A stretch of DNA of 64,000 nt. It comes from Fimbriosthenelais zetlandica (taxonomy: Eukaryota). Within the stretch, counting starts at the first letter, position 1; each line of letters starts with the position of its first letter. Positions 14,237-27,340 of the stretch are shown here, piece after piece. The stretch lies in NCBI GenBank assembly GCA_977030845.1, contig OZ365115.1, positions 31,682,001-31,746,000 on the forward strand. Direction: 5' to 3'. Made by a program: the position numbers and the translations under genes. Below the pieces are notes generated by a model. It saw nothing but the letters and a program-made list of their open reading frames with translations. It was not told where the DNA came from and did not search any database.

Positions 14237-14998
14237 TGGAGTGAAAGATGTAATTGAATTGGTCTGAGTGGAGTAGAGGGGATTATGGGTAGTGGCTGAG
14301 AGAGTAGGCCGTCATGGTAACCTTATATAGGTCAAAAAGCCCTGGGCTATCCCAGGATAGTGAAACCATGGCCACGCGGAATATTATCTGTAGATCTTAT
14401 ATCCTGTAAAAATTCAACCTGCATCTCATGAAGTTCAGAGTATGATCACGATTATTAGTCTTTTTAACTTTCATTTCCCTTTAAATGAAGTAACCAAGAG
14501 AAGCTTTTTTGGTGTTTTCAATAAGGTATTTCTCTATGTAAAAACATTTCTGTTTTCCGGATTCATCCCTTCAAACTTAAAATGCGGCCTTTAAAGTCAC
14601 ATTTGGAAATTGCATGGCAATGCAGGAAGCGATAGACCTTTTTCTGCAGTTGTCAGAATTCATTAATGATTTTTTCGGGAAGGGTAATTTGTTATTAATG
14701 AACAATCACCTTCGGGATTCTTTTCTAGATTTCAATTCTTTCCTTCCTGGATACTAGAGGTTATAAAAACAATCTCATATTGGCAATGTTATCTCTTGGG
14801 CTAGAAGGTTTATTAGCCTACATTTGAATTAGGAATCACCAGAGATCAATTCAGGGTCATTATAATGGTTTAACGGTTTAATCTATTGTCTACCGATCTA
14901 TAGTGTATGGCTATGAATAATATAGACCCCATATGAACTGTAAAACGCCTTGCTAAGCGAAGTTCAAGCCTTTATTTAAGATGACCAGAGTCCACTGA

Positions 14999-15011
14999 GG
15001 CCCTCTAGCGG
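14999..15011 (-). promoter_or_regulatory. CTCF-like motif
   Basis: Minus strand CCGCTAGAGGGCC. Confidence 0.3.
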
Positions 15012-15957
15012 ACGTCACATTGGATCAGGGAAGATTTCATCAGGTGGCGCATTCCTCTACCGCCTTTCTCTCCAGTAATTTGATTACAACGGACCTAATT
15101 ACTGTTGCTGTTCGTCCCCACCTCCCAAAAAACTGAGCAGTTACAATGGGCGTGCAGGAATTCCAATACGAGCAACCAAATGTTAACAGATTTTAATTGG
15201 CAAGCAAATGTTGCGTTTCAATTTTGAAACTTTCGGAGATAATAAAATTAAGGGGGGAAACCACTAAAAAATATTTATATTCAAATCCCATATCTCATAA
15301 ATTTTGGTTCAAGCGGTTATATTGCTTATTTTGTAAGTACAAGTATAGGTTCAAACATATCCTTTATAATCCTCTGCGTTGAGAAGATGGTTCCAGTGCA
15401 TGCTGTTATCTTTTCTTACGTCAGGGCAAGGTCAAGTCCTGGGATATGAGAAGAATAAGTGGAACTGACAGATTGGAGATGAAATGAATGTCTGAGGTCG
15501 GCAAACCACCTTCAGTTCCTTCTCCTTGGAGAACACTTTCCGACTTTGACTCTTCTCATGAATATCTCAGCATGCTACTGCGGCTGTATTAACCGATGCC
15601 TTCTGAATACAAAGAACATCAAGAGTTTAAGACAATAAAGTCAGATATATATTTAATAAGATTCATACATTGGTAGGCCTACAATATTCACCATTCCCAT
15701 CATCAGGGCCTGCTTATAGGACATTCAAAACTTTCAGGTCATCATCACTGAGTCTTCGTATGCCGCAGGTCGGGGTGGACATGATGAATGGTGTCATTTG
15801 CCACCCGTCCATTTCCGGAGGAGGGGCATTTAGATTGTCGCTGTGGGCGGCTGGCCAGCTCAGTGTATTATCTCAAGCGGTCCACTCGAAACAACAGGTA
15901 CCCCCAAAACCTCCAAAACACATATCTGGCCTATATTAAGAGATGAAAGATACAGGG

Positions 15958-16027
15958 ACAAGGCACAGGGCAGTCCGGTCCCACTTTTGTGCACAAGGCA
16001 CGGGGCAGTCCCGTCCCACTTTTGTGC
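15958..16027. repeat. 35-bp tandem duplication (2 copies, 2 mismatches)
   Basis: acaaggcacAgggcagtccGgtcccacttttgtgc / acaaggcacGgggcagtccCgtcccacttttgtgc. Confidence 0.95.
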
Positions 16028-17882
16028 AGTGATTATAAGCCTGCAGGGTATCTTAGATGCGCATTCAAAGGTCTCGAAATTAAGATACATTTGACATTTC
16101 TCAGGTTATCAGTCGCTGTGTTAACAGCCAAAACATGCGAATGTCAGTTTGTCTAAATTGAATCATGCAATATTCACGTTATTTCAGAAGTGCATGCACG
16201 ACAGTATTAAGGTGTGACAAGCATGTAAAATTCATGGGGGTTTCTGAGCCCTAAATGGATTCCCATGCATCCCTCAATGCATTCCCAGCGCTTTGGGAAG
16301 AGCCATCAGAATGTAAAGGGAAACAACAAAAATCTGCTTTAAGCCAATTGTTGGCACAGTCCCTTATAGAAAACGGAATCAATGGGACGATAAAAAGTTC
16401 AACAATGGGATAAAGTAAAGGCTATTTTTAGACTGGTCACGTGGGTTTGAGACAATCAATAGTTAATGGATTGATCCATCGGGGGCGTAATGGCATACAA
16501 ATAAGCCAGAGACAGGTTGAATGGCTTCTGGTATTGGCCTGGAAACCAGTTGCATGTTTTCATCCATGTTTCCCATGCTAGTAAACAGGTGGATTCCACA
16601 TGCGTCATGGATAATTATTATTTGTAATGAACTCACGTGTCATTTTTAATATTTTTCCGACACAGAAACCTTTCGTTCTCTCCTCCAACAACTGATGCAT
16701 TTGGAGCATTAGACAATGCATCATAATTTCTATTATAACCAATAATTTTGTTCCAATGTCGATCATGTATAGAGACCTGTCCCTCGTCCGCACCTGTCAT
16801 GTGCTGTCAACAAGCTGTCATGACATTGTTGCCATTATACATGTCACCGGGCCCTGAACATGAGGATTTAATTATTCATGTTCATGCATGACCTCCAGTC
16901 CCCATCACTGAGACAGAGAACATGGCGTGTGGTGGAGGTGGGTCAGGGTATGACTGAGCAAGTCAAGGTCAGCGAGTGGCTCCCCAACTCACTTATCATG
17001 GCAACAGTTGTATAGCATAATAATTATATAGTTTCTAAAAAATATATAGTTTCCAAGATAACAGAACTGATATAAATATATATATTATAGAACGGATATT
17101 GTACCAAACTAATATTCAAATGTTGGTACGTTTCTGCTGAACTAAAACACCTTTCGATGGAAACAAATTCTCAGTGGAATAGGAACGGTGGATACTGGGG
17201 CAGTCGAATGCTTCCATGTAGCTCAGCTCCTCCTGGTGTGCTGAACATGGAACCCATCACACACTTTAGCTCCATTAGCGAAATGAGATAAAATTCAGCT
17301 TCGTTTAACAGCTTCAGGAGAAGGCCAGAGTCGAGGGGAGACTTTAACGGGCAGCAAAGGTGCACTTAGTGCAAGTCTCCCCATAATGCACAATGTACGG
17401 ACCTCGTAATGTGCATTGTGCATCAGAGATAAACCTACTAAAATCGATGATAAACTCACAGCACTCCTTCAATGATTATACTGTATGTTATCGTATATTA
17501 TACTTCAATAAAATGGATAGTGAAAGAAATTATAATTATGTCATAATGAATGTTTATTTGGCAATTTGGATGCGCATTGACAAAGGTCAGCATGTCATTG
17601 CCAACCAACGATATCACCTCCCCAAGCCTCTTACCCCATCTGTCCTTTCCAATATCCCTTCTTGACCACAAGATCAGAGTCCCACTCATGTCGACCAAAG
17701 GAGTTCCCTGGCCTGCCATCTCCACTCTATTTGATACGCTACCCCTCTCATTTGTTTTCATACATTCTTTTCATCACGCCGCCGCTTCCACCCACCAACA
17801 TGTCCAACGGAACATCTGCACACCGACAGCCTCTATTTCATTAGTCATGATTGAGACTGTGCATGCACCTGCGCCCAAGCTA

Positions 17883-17930
17883 TTTCCGGTGTCACGTGAT
17901 ATAAGGTAGACGATTGAGCGCAAGATGGCG
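17883..17930 (+). promoter_or_regulatory. Housekeeping-promoter-like cluster (ETS, USF/CLEAR E-box, YY1)
   Basis: TTTCCGGT (17883), GTCACGTGAT (17891), CAAGATGGCG (17921) within 50 bp. Confidence 0.35.
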
Positions 17931-20900
17931 CAGGAGGATAAAGAAGGCCAAGGGAAACGATTTTGCCCGTATTAGCCATATTGGGAAATTAAGCACTATC
18001 CAGCTTGAACATATAGGTATTATTTTCTACCTGATGGTAATATCTGAATTGTGAAATCAACGTTCAATGCTGATTGCAATAAGAGAGGCTCAGAAAGTGA
18101 ATCCAGTTGTATGTGGGATTGACACCAATCCTACAATAGTCTTCTCTGTATAATCATATATACTGTCAGTGACTGACAGTGACCCGGGGTGGTCTCAGGT
18201 GGTCTGCACATCTGTTATCACTAATCATGAAATGTACTTGCAACAATGTCTGCAGCAATGATACCTATTAGCCTCTTATCTGGGTATTCAACTGACTAAG
18301 GCAACAGTGGATAAAGGAAGGATATGTATTCTGACTAAATGTACAGGTCTTGTAGATACTCAGCAGTTATGAACAACAGAATGTCAGCAAAATATTACAC
18401 TCATCAAGGTCTTACCAAGGACGTACCTGGCATTGAAATCAAAGTGTTATAGGGCAAAGTGGTAACTAGGGGTAAGTGGGATGGATGTTGGACAGTATCC
18501 AAACTAACAGTGGATGTCACAAACAATGATTACATCCCCACTTGGCTCAATTACCCTTCTAAGTTCTATGAATTCTTGAATCTCGAATCTTTGGGAGGAT
18601 TTCACGGTTAACTGAATGATTATTGCACATACACAAGAAATGATATTTGTTTGGACAGAGATAAGTAAACGATAGACGGTAAAACTTTTGTCCAATTTCT
18701 AGTTCATTATATATAAGCTGCATTGTCAAAATAGATGAGATATAGCCAACTGGTTGAAAGGTTATAGATCAACTGTTTTTTCCCACTCAATGTAAAGCAC
18801 CAAACCAACAATGCAGCTATGAAGAAGAGTAGCAATTATTCTCATTTAGAAGTACGTGTCCCAGTCCACTCATTCCTGCCCTCAACTCATCCCACTCATA
18901 TTCATCTCCTGACATTCATTCATCCCAATCTAGCCAGCAATAACTCCCTCTGGTGGACGATAGGCAAGCTGATACATCAATTTAGGGGATCAGCCATGTC
19001 TGTCGTGTGGCTCTCAACTCAATGTCAGATCTCAGGTCTTGAAACGTGAGGCAGTTTGGAGGCTGCCATTAAGTATTACCTGGGGTTATAACCAACTTCA
19101 AGTTTAACTATCAAACCCATCAACAATTAGGCATATGAAGGGATTTCTTTGAAAATAAAACGTAAGCCATACTTCAATTCATTGATGCAGAAAACATAAT
19201 CTAAATTAAATATATCAACATATACCACCTTCACGGACATTATCTGTTCAAATCCTTTGGTCACAAACTCTTAAACAGCTATTGCTCTTAGGATGGAGTA
19301 TATTGAAGGTTGCACACGGCCTTTATGGCGGTGAATATATTGGTCTGTGATGCATGTGCTTCAGAAGCATAGGAGCTAGCCAGAATTGGCAATGTGCCTG
19401 TCTGCATAGATGGCAAAATCAAGGTCAAACTCTAGCTCATAGGAGCTATAACTAAATATCTTACTTATACTGATTCAGAAGAATGTTGTAGTTTCTATCT
19501 TCTGCCATACCAGCTGTTCATTAGTGTCAGTATAAATTATATTAATGTTACACAAGTTTTTTTGACCAAATAATTCCAAGGAAAATTATCATGACTTAAC
19601 CAAGGAAAATATCAATGAACAAACTGAAAACCGTAATGAGAAACTTATCTTTAAAAAATTAAACAAATATCACTAAAAGTATTAAGGAAAATAAGCATTA
19701 ATGTGAACAAAATATAGGAAACATAATTCAATGTCAACAAGTAAACTTGATAAATGATAACAAATCAAAATTAGCTGATAACTATCAAAAAGTATATCTG
19801 AATATCACTGAGGTTAAACAGGTTAAAATGTTAATAAATGTAATTGTAATTAGTATATCAAATCATAAGCAAATACTACTAATCTGTTATAATATTATCT
19901 ACATCTATATTATTTCGTACCTACGGTTCTACAGGAAGCATGTCCTTTAATAAGGTATTCCATTCATGCATTACTCATTTCGGGCTTCCTCTTTGAGTCT
20001 ATACTACAACTACAGCCTTGATTTCTCCAAAGGCTCAGTCACTACAGTCTACTCCAAAAGCAAGACGTTCTATAAGTCAAATTAAACAAATACAAATGAA
20101 AGAAAGTAAATGGTTCTAGTCTACAATAATCAATTATCTACAACTAGTCTACTTTTTCTGATAGCATGCAATATCAGCGTTTTTAGTATTTACAGCCTTC
20201 CAGTTCCTGTCATTGTCGACAGTTTTCATGCAGTGTCTGGTAGAATCGTTGCTGTCTGCATGCAAGATCATTATTTGTTAATTCCAGCATCCAATGACTT
20301 CTTCAGTTATGCATGCAAATATTAGCCTTTTTAAAAGGCGAAATGATTTCGGTCAGTATCCAATGTTCACCGCGATATTATACAGTACAGACTGTTTTAT
20401 CATGGTGTTGAATGGGTACTGACTGAATTATAGTACATTTTCATGCAGAATCGCCATGTCTTTCACCTGCCTATTATCTACACAGAACCAGACTGCTTTC
20501 AGCAGTGTTCTCTGTACATTTATATTAATGGAGGTGACTCTATTATTGCTACATATAGCACATGAAAGTAAGTTTTAATGGACCAGACGTTTTACTAGAC
20601 CAGCCTTGGTGAATTTTTAGTACAATCGAAAGTGGTTGGCTTTTCGTCAATGCAATTAACGTTGCATGGCCACATGCAAGCTCTGAGAGAGTCACCTTCA
20701 TACTAAACAGGGCCGTAGATTCCTTCGTCGTTTGTTCGAGCTTCTTATTCAGCATGCAGAGCTCTTCGTTTCTTTGTTTCCTACATAATTTTTCTACATT
20801 CTTCTAGACTGACAACATACAGCTTGAGTTGGCAGAAGAAAAAACATGACCTTTACCAGCTATTACCCTGGCCTGCAAAGGATTGCAAATGAGGCCAAAG

Positions 20901-20973
20901 GCAATAGAAATATCACACTCGTGCACGTGTTTGTATTGCCTGCTGCATGCTCCTACTCACAGGGAGAGAAGCT

Positions 20974-20998
20974 GGGGGATGGGGGATGGGGGATTGGG
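20974..20998 (+). other. Canonical G-quadruplex motif
   Basis: GGGGGatGGGGGatGGGGGattGGG. Confidence 0.6.
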
Positions 20999-23900
20999 CC
21001 TTGGGAGGGATCCAGTTGCGCCAATATTGCTTTCGGGTTCTGACCCCCCGAGGCAATAACTTTTATTATTGTGGACGATAATGGGGGTTCTTCTTACACA
21101 CAGAAGGCAATATGAGGTAGTGTGGGAACGTGAGCAGTGTTGGGAATAAAACAGAGTAGCAATGAAGCATATATACTGTAGTCTGGCGCCAATATATAGT
21201 GAAAGGCTATAGCGTGGAGGGTACGTAGCACTTTCACATATATTATTCCCTGAGGCCTTTGGCAGTCTCTTCTGATTACAAGTCTAGAGCAAGGGGATGA
21301 GTCTTATATTTCTGTTCATCTTCCCACATTAATATAGGTTACACTGATACTGAGCTGGTGGCTAAAGCTTCAGATTGGCAAACAACAAGCGACCACTTTT
21401 AAAAAGACATTTCTCAACAGAGGCAAATAGTGTCAATCTGAGAAAAATTGAAGGAATTATATCCCATTTCGACTCCTATTAGGAGCTTTTAAGGCTTTGT
21501 GTTGAGGAATTAATTGATTCGTAAGATCACCCCTGGCGCAGGCCATTGAAGTAATTGAAGCGCCTCTTTCGTCCCCTCAGCATTACTGGCTGGGCGATAA
21601 CGCCCCGTGGCCCACTCCACAAGCAGGGCTTGTTACACTGGTGTTCTTGGGATAATTACCTGATAATGCGTGCCTAATTTGTCAGTGTTTTCCCTCTCTC
21701 TGCTCTTGCTAACATCATGACATGTGCTCATTTGGTGTGCTGATATGGTTTACGGGCCCGAAAGCAGAACATTCCAGAGGCTGCTTACAACATTGTGAAG
21801 CATCGCCGGGTGTGCTAATGGAGACAGACCACGGGATGTTAGATGCTTTATCGGTGGAAGACTGGGAAGTTCCCAAGAAAGCTTATTTATGGCTTATCCC
21901 AGACCAAAAGTAACTTGTCCTGTCTGCTATTAGTTTTTACCAGAATATAAATCCCCCCTTATATGGCTTTAGTGGGACGCTTTTCAGATACAACTGAGGT
22001 CCATAATTATTCAGAACACGAAAGATAGATGAACCTAAATGTAAGCTAGTTCTTATACGATATATCGCTTTGAACCTTACAATTCAATTTTAGGCATTAA
22101 TAAGTCAAAAGAGATAATATTAAAGTATCCACTTGGTGGCCCTAAAAAGGATAAGTAAAGAGCCTCAGGGAAATTAGCGACCACAGCTCATTAATATTCA
22201 TCAATCTTTTCTTTTAACCCTCCACATGCTGCAATCCATAATGTGCACATTCAGCTACATGCACCATGAAATATAAAAAGAACGGATCGGAATTTAATGT
22301 TTCTTGTGTTATTGAATGTTATAATTTCTCCATAAATTCCAAATATACAAAGGACTAAAGTTTAAGATGTGTACCCTTTACAGTTTGTGTTTATCTCTTG
22401 GAGTTTTCTTCGGATAAGGCCCAGATTAAGGCATGTTTCCATTACTATACGATAGATTAGAATCGTGAAATTAATTTTCATGTGACCTATTGTCCCTGAC
22501 CTCTAACCGTTTTGACTATTTTTCTTTGGAGGCAATTCATCTGAGCCACATTACAGACAGGTATTTTATAAGTGCATTTGCTTGGCCTAAGCACTCTGTT
22601 GGATGGTCTATAGAACCCTTGAGAAACGACCTATTTTCTGAATATGGGGATGGCACTTAAGGCAAACGGTGAGATTAATGCACGGTCGTCACGCGGAGGG
22701 AGTTATGCGGCCCCATTATATGAAGTATGGTGGTCGGAAATGTGGAAAGTGCTGGATTTGTATGGGACTTTCTGCATGAAAGGGCCATTGAGAGCCACCA
22801 TATCAGGGGACCAAGTCGCCAATGGCTCCAGCGACCAGTTATTGGAATTTCGGGAAAGACGTTAAAAAGTAAGAAAGATATCGACCATAATTCATACATA
22901 TTCCTCAAAAACAGCCTATGGTTGGTGATAAATTCAACTTAATCATTGCATAGTTTATAGATCCGAAATAATATTATCATTCATGCATTTTTAAAAGGCA
23001 AACCATTATGTCACTCATGTCAATAAACGTTTTTGCATTCATTTCCAATATTCATAGTGACAAAGAGATGAGACGATGAGTCTGTACATAAAAGCATGTG
23101 TGATCTTTATAAAGTTGATTTGCAAAAGGAACAAAATAACAAAACATCCCCAACTTTGTTTGTCCTTGTCCCAAATGTGTACTGAGCATGATTATGAGAC
23201 TGGGATAGGATCAAGGGTGGGCGTTACTGTTGTTTTTACAATTCTATTTGAGTTTGAATGCATTTATTCACAAAGGCCCACCTCCATATTGGGTACATGT
23301 AAATATTATAATTCTTCAGAAAATCAACCGCTATATAAGCCAACCCAGTTTGTTTATGAGAGGCTAATGAAGTCCTGAAAGAGTTTACGATTCAAAAAAC
23401 TATTTTAAAAATCATGAATATAATAAAGTTTCTCCTGTTCTACTGATAAATTGTTAATCCAGTCTCCCTGACCTCAGCGATATTACTTCCGGTCCAGAGG
23501 ACTCTTTAGAAGTGATAGCACCGATCTAAGCCCTCACTAACCATGGGGCACACAGCCATCTACCTCAGGACAATCTAACGTTGCTAGGCGAATTGGAATG
23601 AGAAGGACCATAGTTTGGAGGGAGGTGGAGCAGATATGACTTCAGGGGTGACAAAGCTGTGTGCATGAAGAATGCAGACAATACTTCCTGGATATAATAC
23701 AGAGGCAAACAATGTTTTTTTAGGCATTTGCCTCCTCCAAATGTGGATTCCTGTGTATAATAGATAGCTTTCCTTTTTAGAAGCATAATTGTAATAACAG
23801 ATGTTACACAAGGGATCACATTAAAATGTTGTCATGACATTGGCCGAAACATTAACTGTGTCACCCTGTCGATGGACTAAGTCTAATATTAACAGTAGTG

Positions 23901-26900
23901 TTGGCAACAGTAGTTCTGTCCTCATTCCACGAATCCTGTACCCAACGTCAAGCCTCTAAAACAAACATTACCTTTAAATATTGATGCATTAATGCACTCC
24001 CGACTCAATGGCCCAACTCCATTCTCTCTTCTCCTCTCACTCACTTCCTCCCTGAAACCATGCCATTCACCTCCAATATCATAACGACAACTACCCCTTC
24101 CCCAGCCCCTTCTCCTCCCCACACACCTCAACACATTCACTCTCAATTTCCATGAATACATGGAAAAGCAAAATCTTAAATTAGAATAGGTAGGAGCCCT
24201 CTCTCAAAATTATATGTAGATAATTATAGCCTACATATGTGTAGATGTAATACGTGGATAGGTAAAATGGACCCGGTCATTCCACCACCCTCACCCATCC
24301 ATCCAATACATTTATCATAATGCATTAGTCTCTGGCATCATATACCCAGACTCTAGATCTGCATTTTCCATTGATAAGATACATTGAGAATGTATACTGG
24401 CCAATGTTGACGGCTGCGGTAGGTTAAGTAGACTGCAGTCCTGTCAACCCATCAAACCAGAGAAATATTGATTGCAATACGTAATGGAAAGCAACGCAAA
24501 AATTTTGAAAATGGAAATTGAAAATCTGCGTGCGTCAGCCCCCTTTATTCATATGGACAATGAATGATCCTATAAATGGAAAGATTGCAATAAGGCTGTG
24601 GTGTCATATTGAACTGCCCTCTGATTAATTTCCATATAGTTCCCACAGAGTTTGATATTAAAATTTTCATTTCAGCTATGGAGAAAAGCAACACATTTGC
24701 AGAACTGAAATTCAAACTCCTTCAGTACATTATGAAATATTATGAAATATTTCCTCTTTCGAATATGGAGGAACACTTCATCACATGAACGTTGAAAATA
24801 TGCATCTATTAATAGAAAAATAATTTCTCCAACAATATACTGTACTCACAGTCCTATTTTCGAAAGTAACATTATTTACCCATGGCTTTTAGTGTTCTGG
24901 TCTGCTGTCATAGTTGTAGATTGCAGTTTCTAAATAAGGTATAATGATTATCCACGTTTCCCTGTAGGCCTACGTCTGGATTTCTGGGGCTAGGGATGTG
25001 AATGCTGGAGGGCAGGAAGTGGCCTATCTCTTTGATCTGAGAGTACACTCTATTCTGGGTCCGAGCCAAAGCCGAGGCTCTACAAACTGGCCAATGGCTG
25101 ACCGGATCAGCAATGTGCCCCAGGAGCCTTTCAAATTCTTGGATTATGTGTCGTTCTTTCCACATAATATATAGCCTTATCTGATTTTTAATTAACAAAG
25201 ATTAATAATCATTATTTGGAATATATGATAGGAATTGTTATGATTAGACTTTCAATTTCACTTTAATGGATCAATATGTTATCCGTTTATATTTCCGCAT
25301 AGGTTTTTAATCATTATACAATCCAAGATACTGGCCATATCTCGTAAAGTGAATGTGAATTAGAATGCCTTTATCAGAGCCATCATCTCTCGTGACCTCT
25401 CGTAGGCACGTGAACAGAATGAGGTTTGGGAGTTGTTGTTTCTCTTTACGGACCAACTGGGGTCAGGTGATGAACGCCAGTGTCAGAGGTCAAGGTCAGA
25501 GGCCAACAAAGACCGGAAGTGAAGGAGGCAGTATCTTGGCAGGTGAAGTTCAAGATGTGGGACTACAAGAGTTAGGTTGGGATCTTTTATCTTTTCCATT
25601 CAGATAAATGGAATGGTTTCACTCAGTACTGTTCCAAAAAGATATAGGCCTATATTATGCAAAACTGTCAGCCATGCTGGATAACAAAATGATCTTCTTC
25701 TTCAGTTGCATTTACTGTATGCTTCTTGGAAAAATTTCCTATGGGGAACATCAATATCAATTTATCTGTAAAAAGAGTCGCACCTGAAGAAAAGCTGATC
25801 CTCAGCCTGCACAGGTAAACATATCGTGCATGGCCCAAGTTATTTCCAGCCTGTGTTTCCCATATTCTTTTGCTTGCTGCATCGCTGTGCCATCGATTTT
25901 GTTTCATCCTGCATTGGAGGTTTATATATTTGAAATCCGATGACAGCCAGACACGCAAAAATAAGACAAAAAACTATTGTTGTTTGAGGCTTTTGCCATG
26001 TAACAGGATATTGCTTAAAACAGGCAATACTCCATCTGATATGTAAAAGTAATATCTACAGAAACAAGTAGCAGGCGATGCCCCGACCCCCTTCTCTAAT
26101 ACATTTAATAAATTCGGAAAATATAGCGGTGCAAGGTATTAAATTACCCTGTTTGGGGCGTGTTTTTGCAGAAAAAAAATAGCATCCAGCCTTGTTTCTA
26201 ATGTAATTCTCTGACGCATTTAGCGGGATTCCTCACCGAAGCTTGTGCCACTCCCTTTTCTAAAACCACAGTATGCACCCAGTGCACGTTCACTCCCGAA
26301 AACAACATCTCATCACCAGACGCCCACTTGGCCTTCCTTTTCAACCTCTCTCCATGTTCTCTGCCGCTGCAGCATCATCTTTGATGTGAATTTTTATATC
26401 AGCAATGTCAGGTAAAACAACAATACCTGATGCGCTCTTTCTTGATCTTCAAAGCCTACCATTAATCTATTGTTCCGTTTCCCCATTTTCTGCTTGCATA
26501 AAAGTAAGTTCTTTCCGGGGGAATTATTGAGTGGTTCTCCTGGAATCTAAAGTGGGCTGACAGGTGAACATGTGTTGCCTCTTATGAGGTGTGTATTGAT
26601 AAATTTGTACCTCTTATATTATATATAAAAGTGTTCATTCTACATTGCTTTGTTGAATCAAGTAAGGATAGGCCCTCCCTACCTTGGATATTGTTTGACC
26701 CTTTTCATGAACTCTAATTATATTATTATTTGTCGGTACCAATGTAGGCAACGCCTGAAATATTATCAGGCGTGGAATACAATGACTGCAAGTTACCAGG
26801 GGTCATTATATCATTAGATTGCACATTCAAAATCGCACTTCATTAATTTTCCATTTCATTCATGTAAGGATCCGTTGCGATTGTATGCAGTAGTCAAAGA

Positions 26901-27169
26901 GGAATACCAGGTAAAAGTAATTTAAGAAATGTAGGACAAGCCCCACCCATATTAGGTTAGATACATATTGTTCCTATATATGAATGGTGATTCAGGCCAA
27001 CACCTGTGCCATGGCTACATCCTCATGTTGTTACAAACCATTGCTTTCATTTGCTTCACATTTCATTCTTTTTTTCCGGTTCTCAATAGACTAAAACCTT
27101 TCATGGATCTTTTCATTGTTACTTTTACTCCTAGTTCCTATTTCTTCGCGTGTCGGATGCGTCTCATCC

Positions 27170-27340
27170 AAAGCCTTTCCTCTCCTCCCCTTACACTGCT
27201 TTCCTGCCTTTCCCGTCCTTGCTTTCATCCCCCTTCTCACCACCTTTCCTTTACCTCCTGCGCCACTGGCTCCTCTTTCTTCTGTTCCCCCTTGCCCTTT
27301 CTTCCCTCCCCCACCCGGCAGACCATCTCCCATCACCTCA
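27170..27340. repeat. Pyrimidine-rich low-complexity tract
   Basis: About 170 bp mostly C/T on the plus strand; explains the overlapping long ORFs at 26968-27450. Confidence 0.8.

Noticed and set aside
21113-21121. let-7-like TGAGGTAGT
   Set aside because: Match ends after 9 nt; no hairpin.
23584-23811. CNIC...H zinc-finger-like start
   Set aside because: Lacks correctly spaced His pair; chance.
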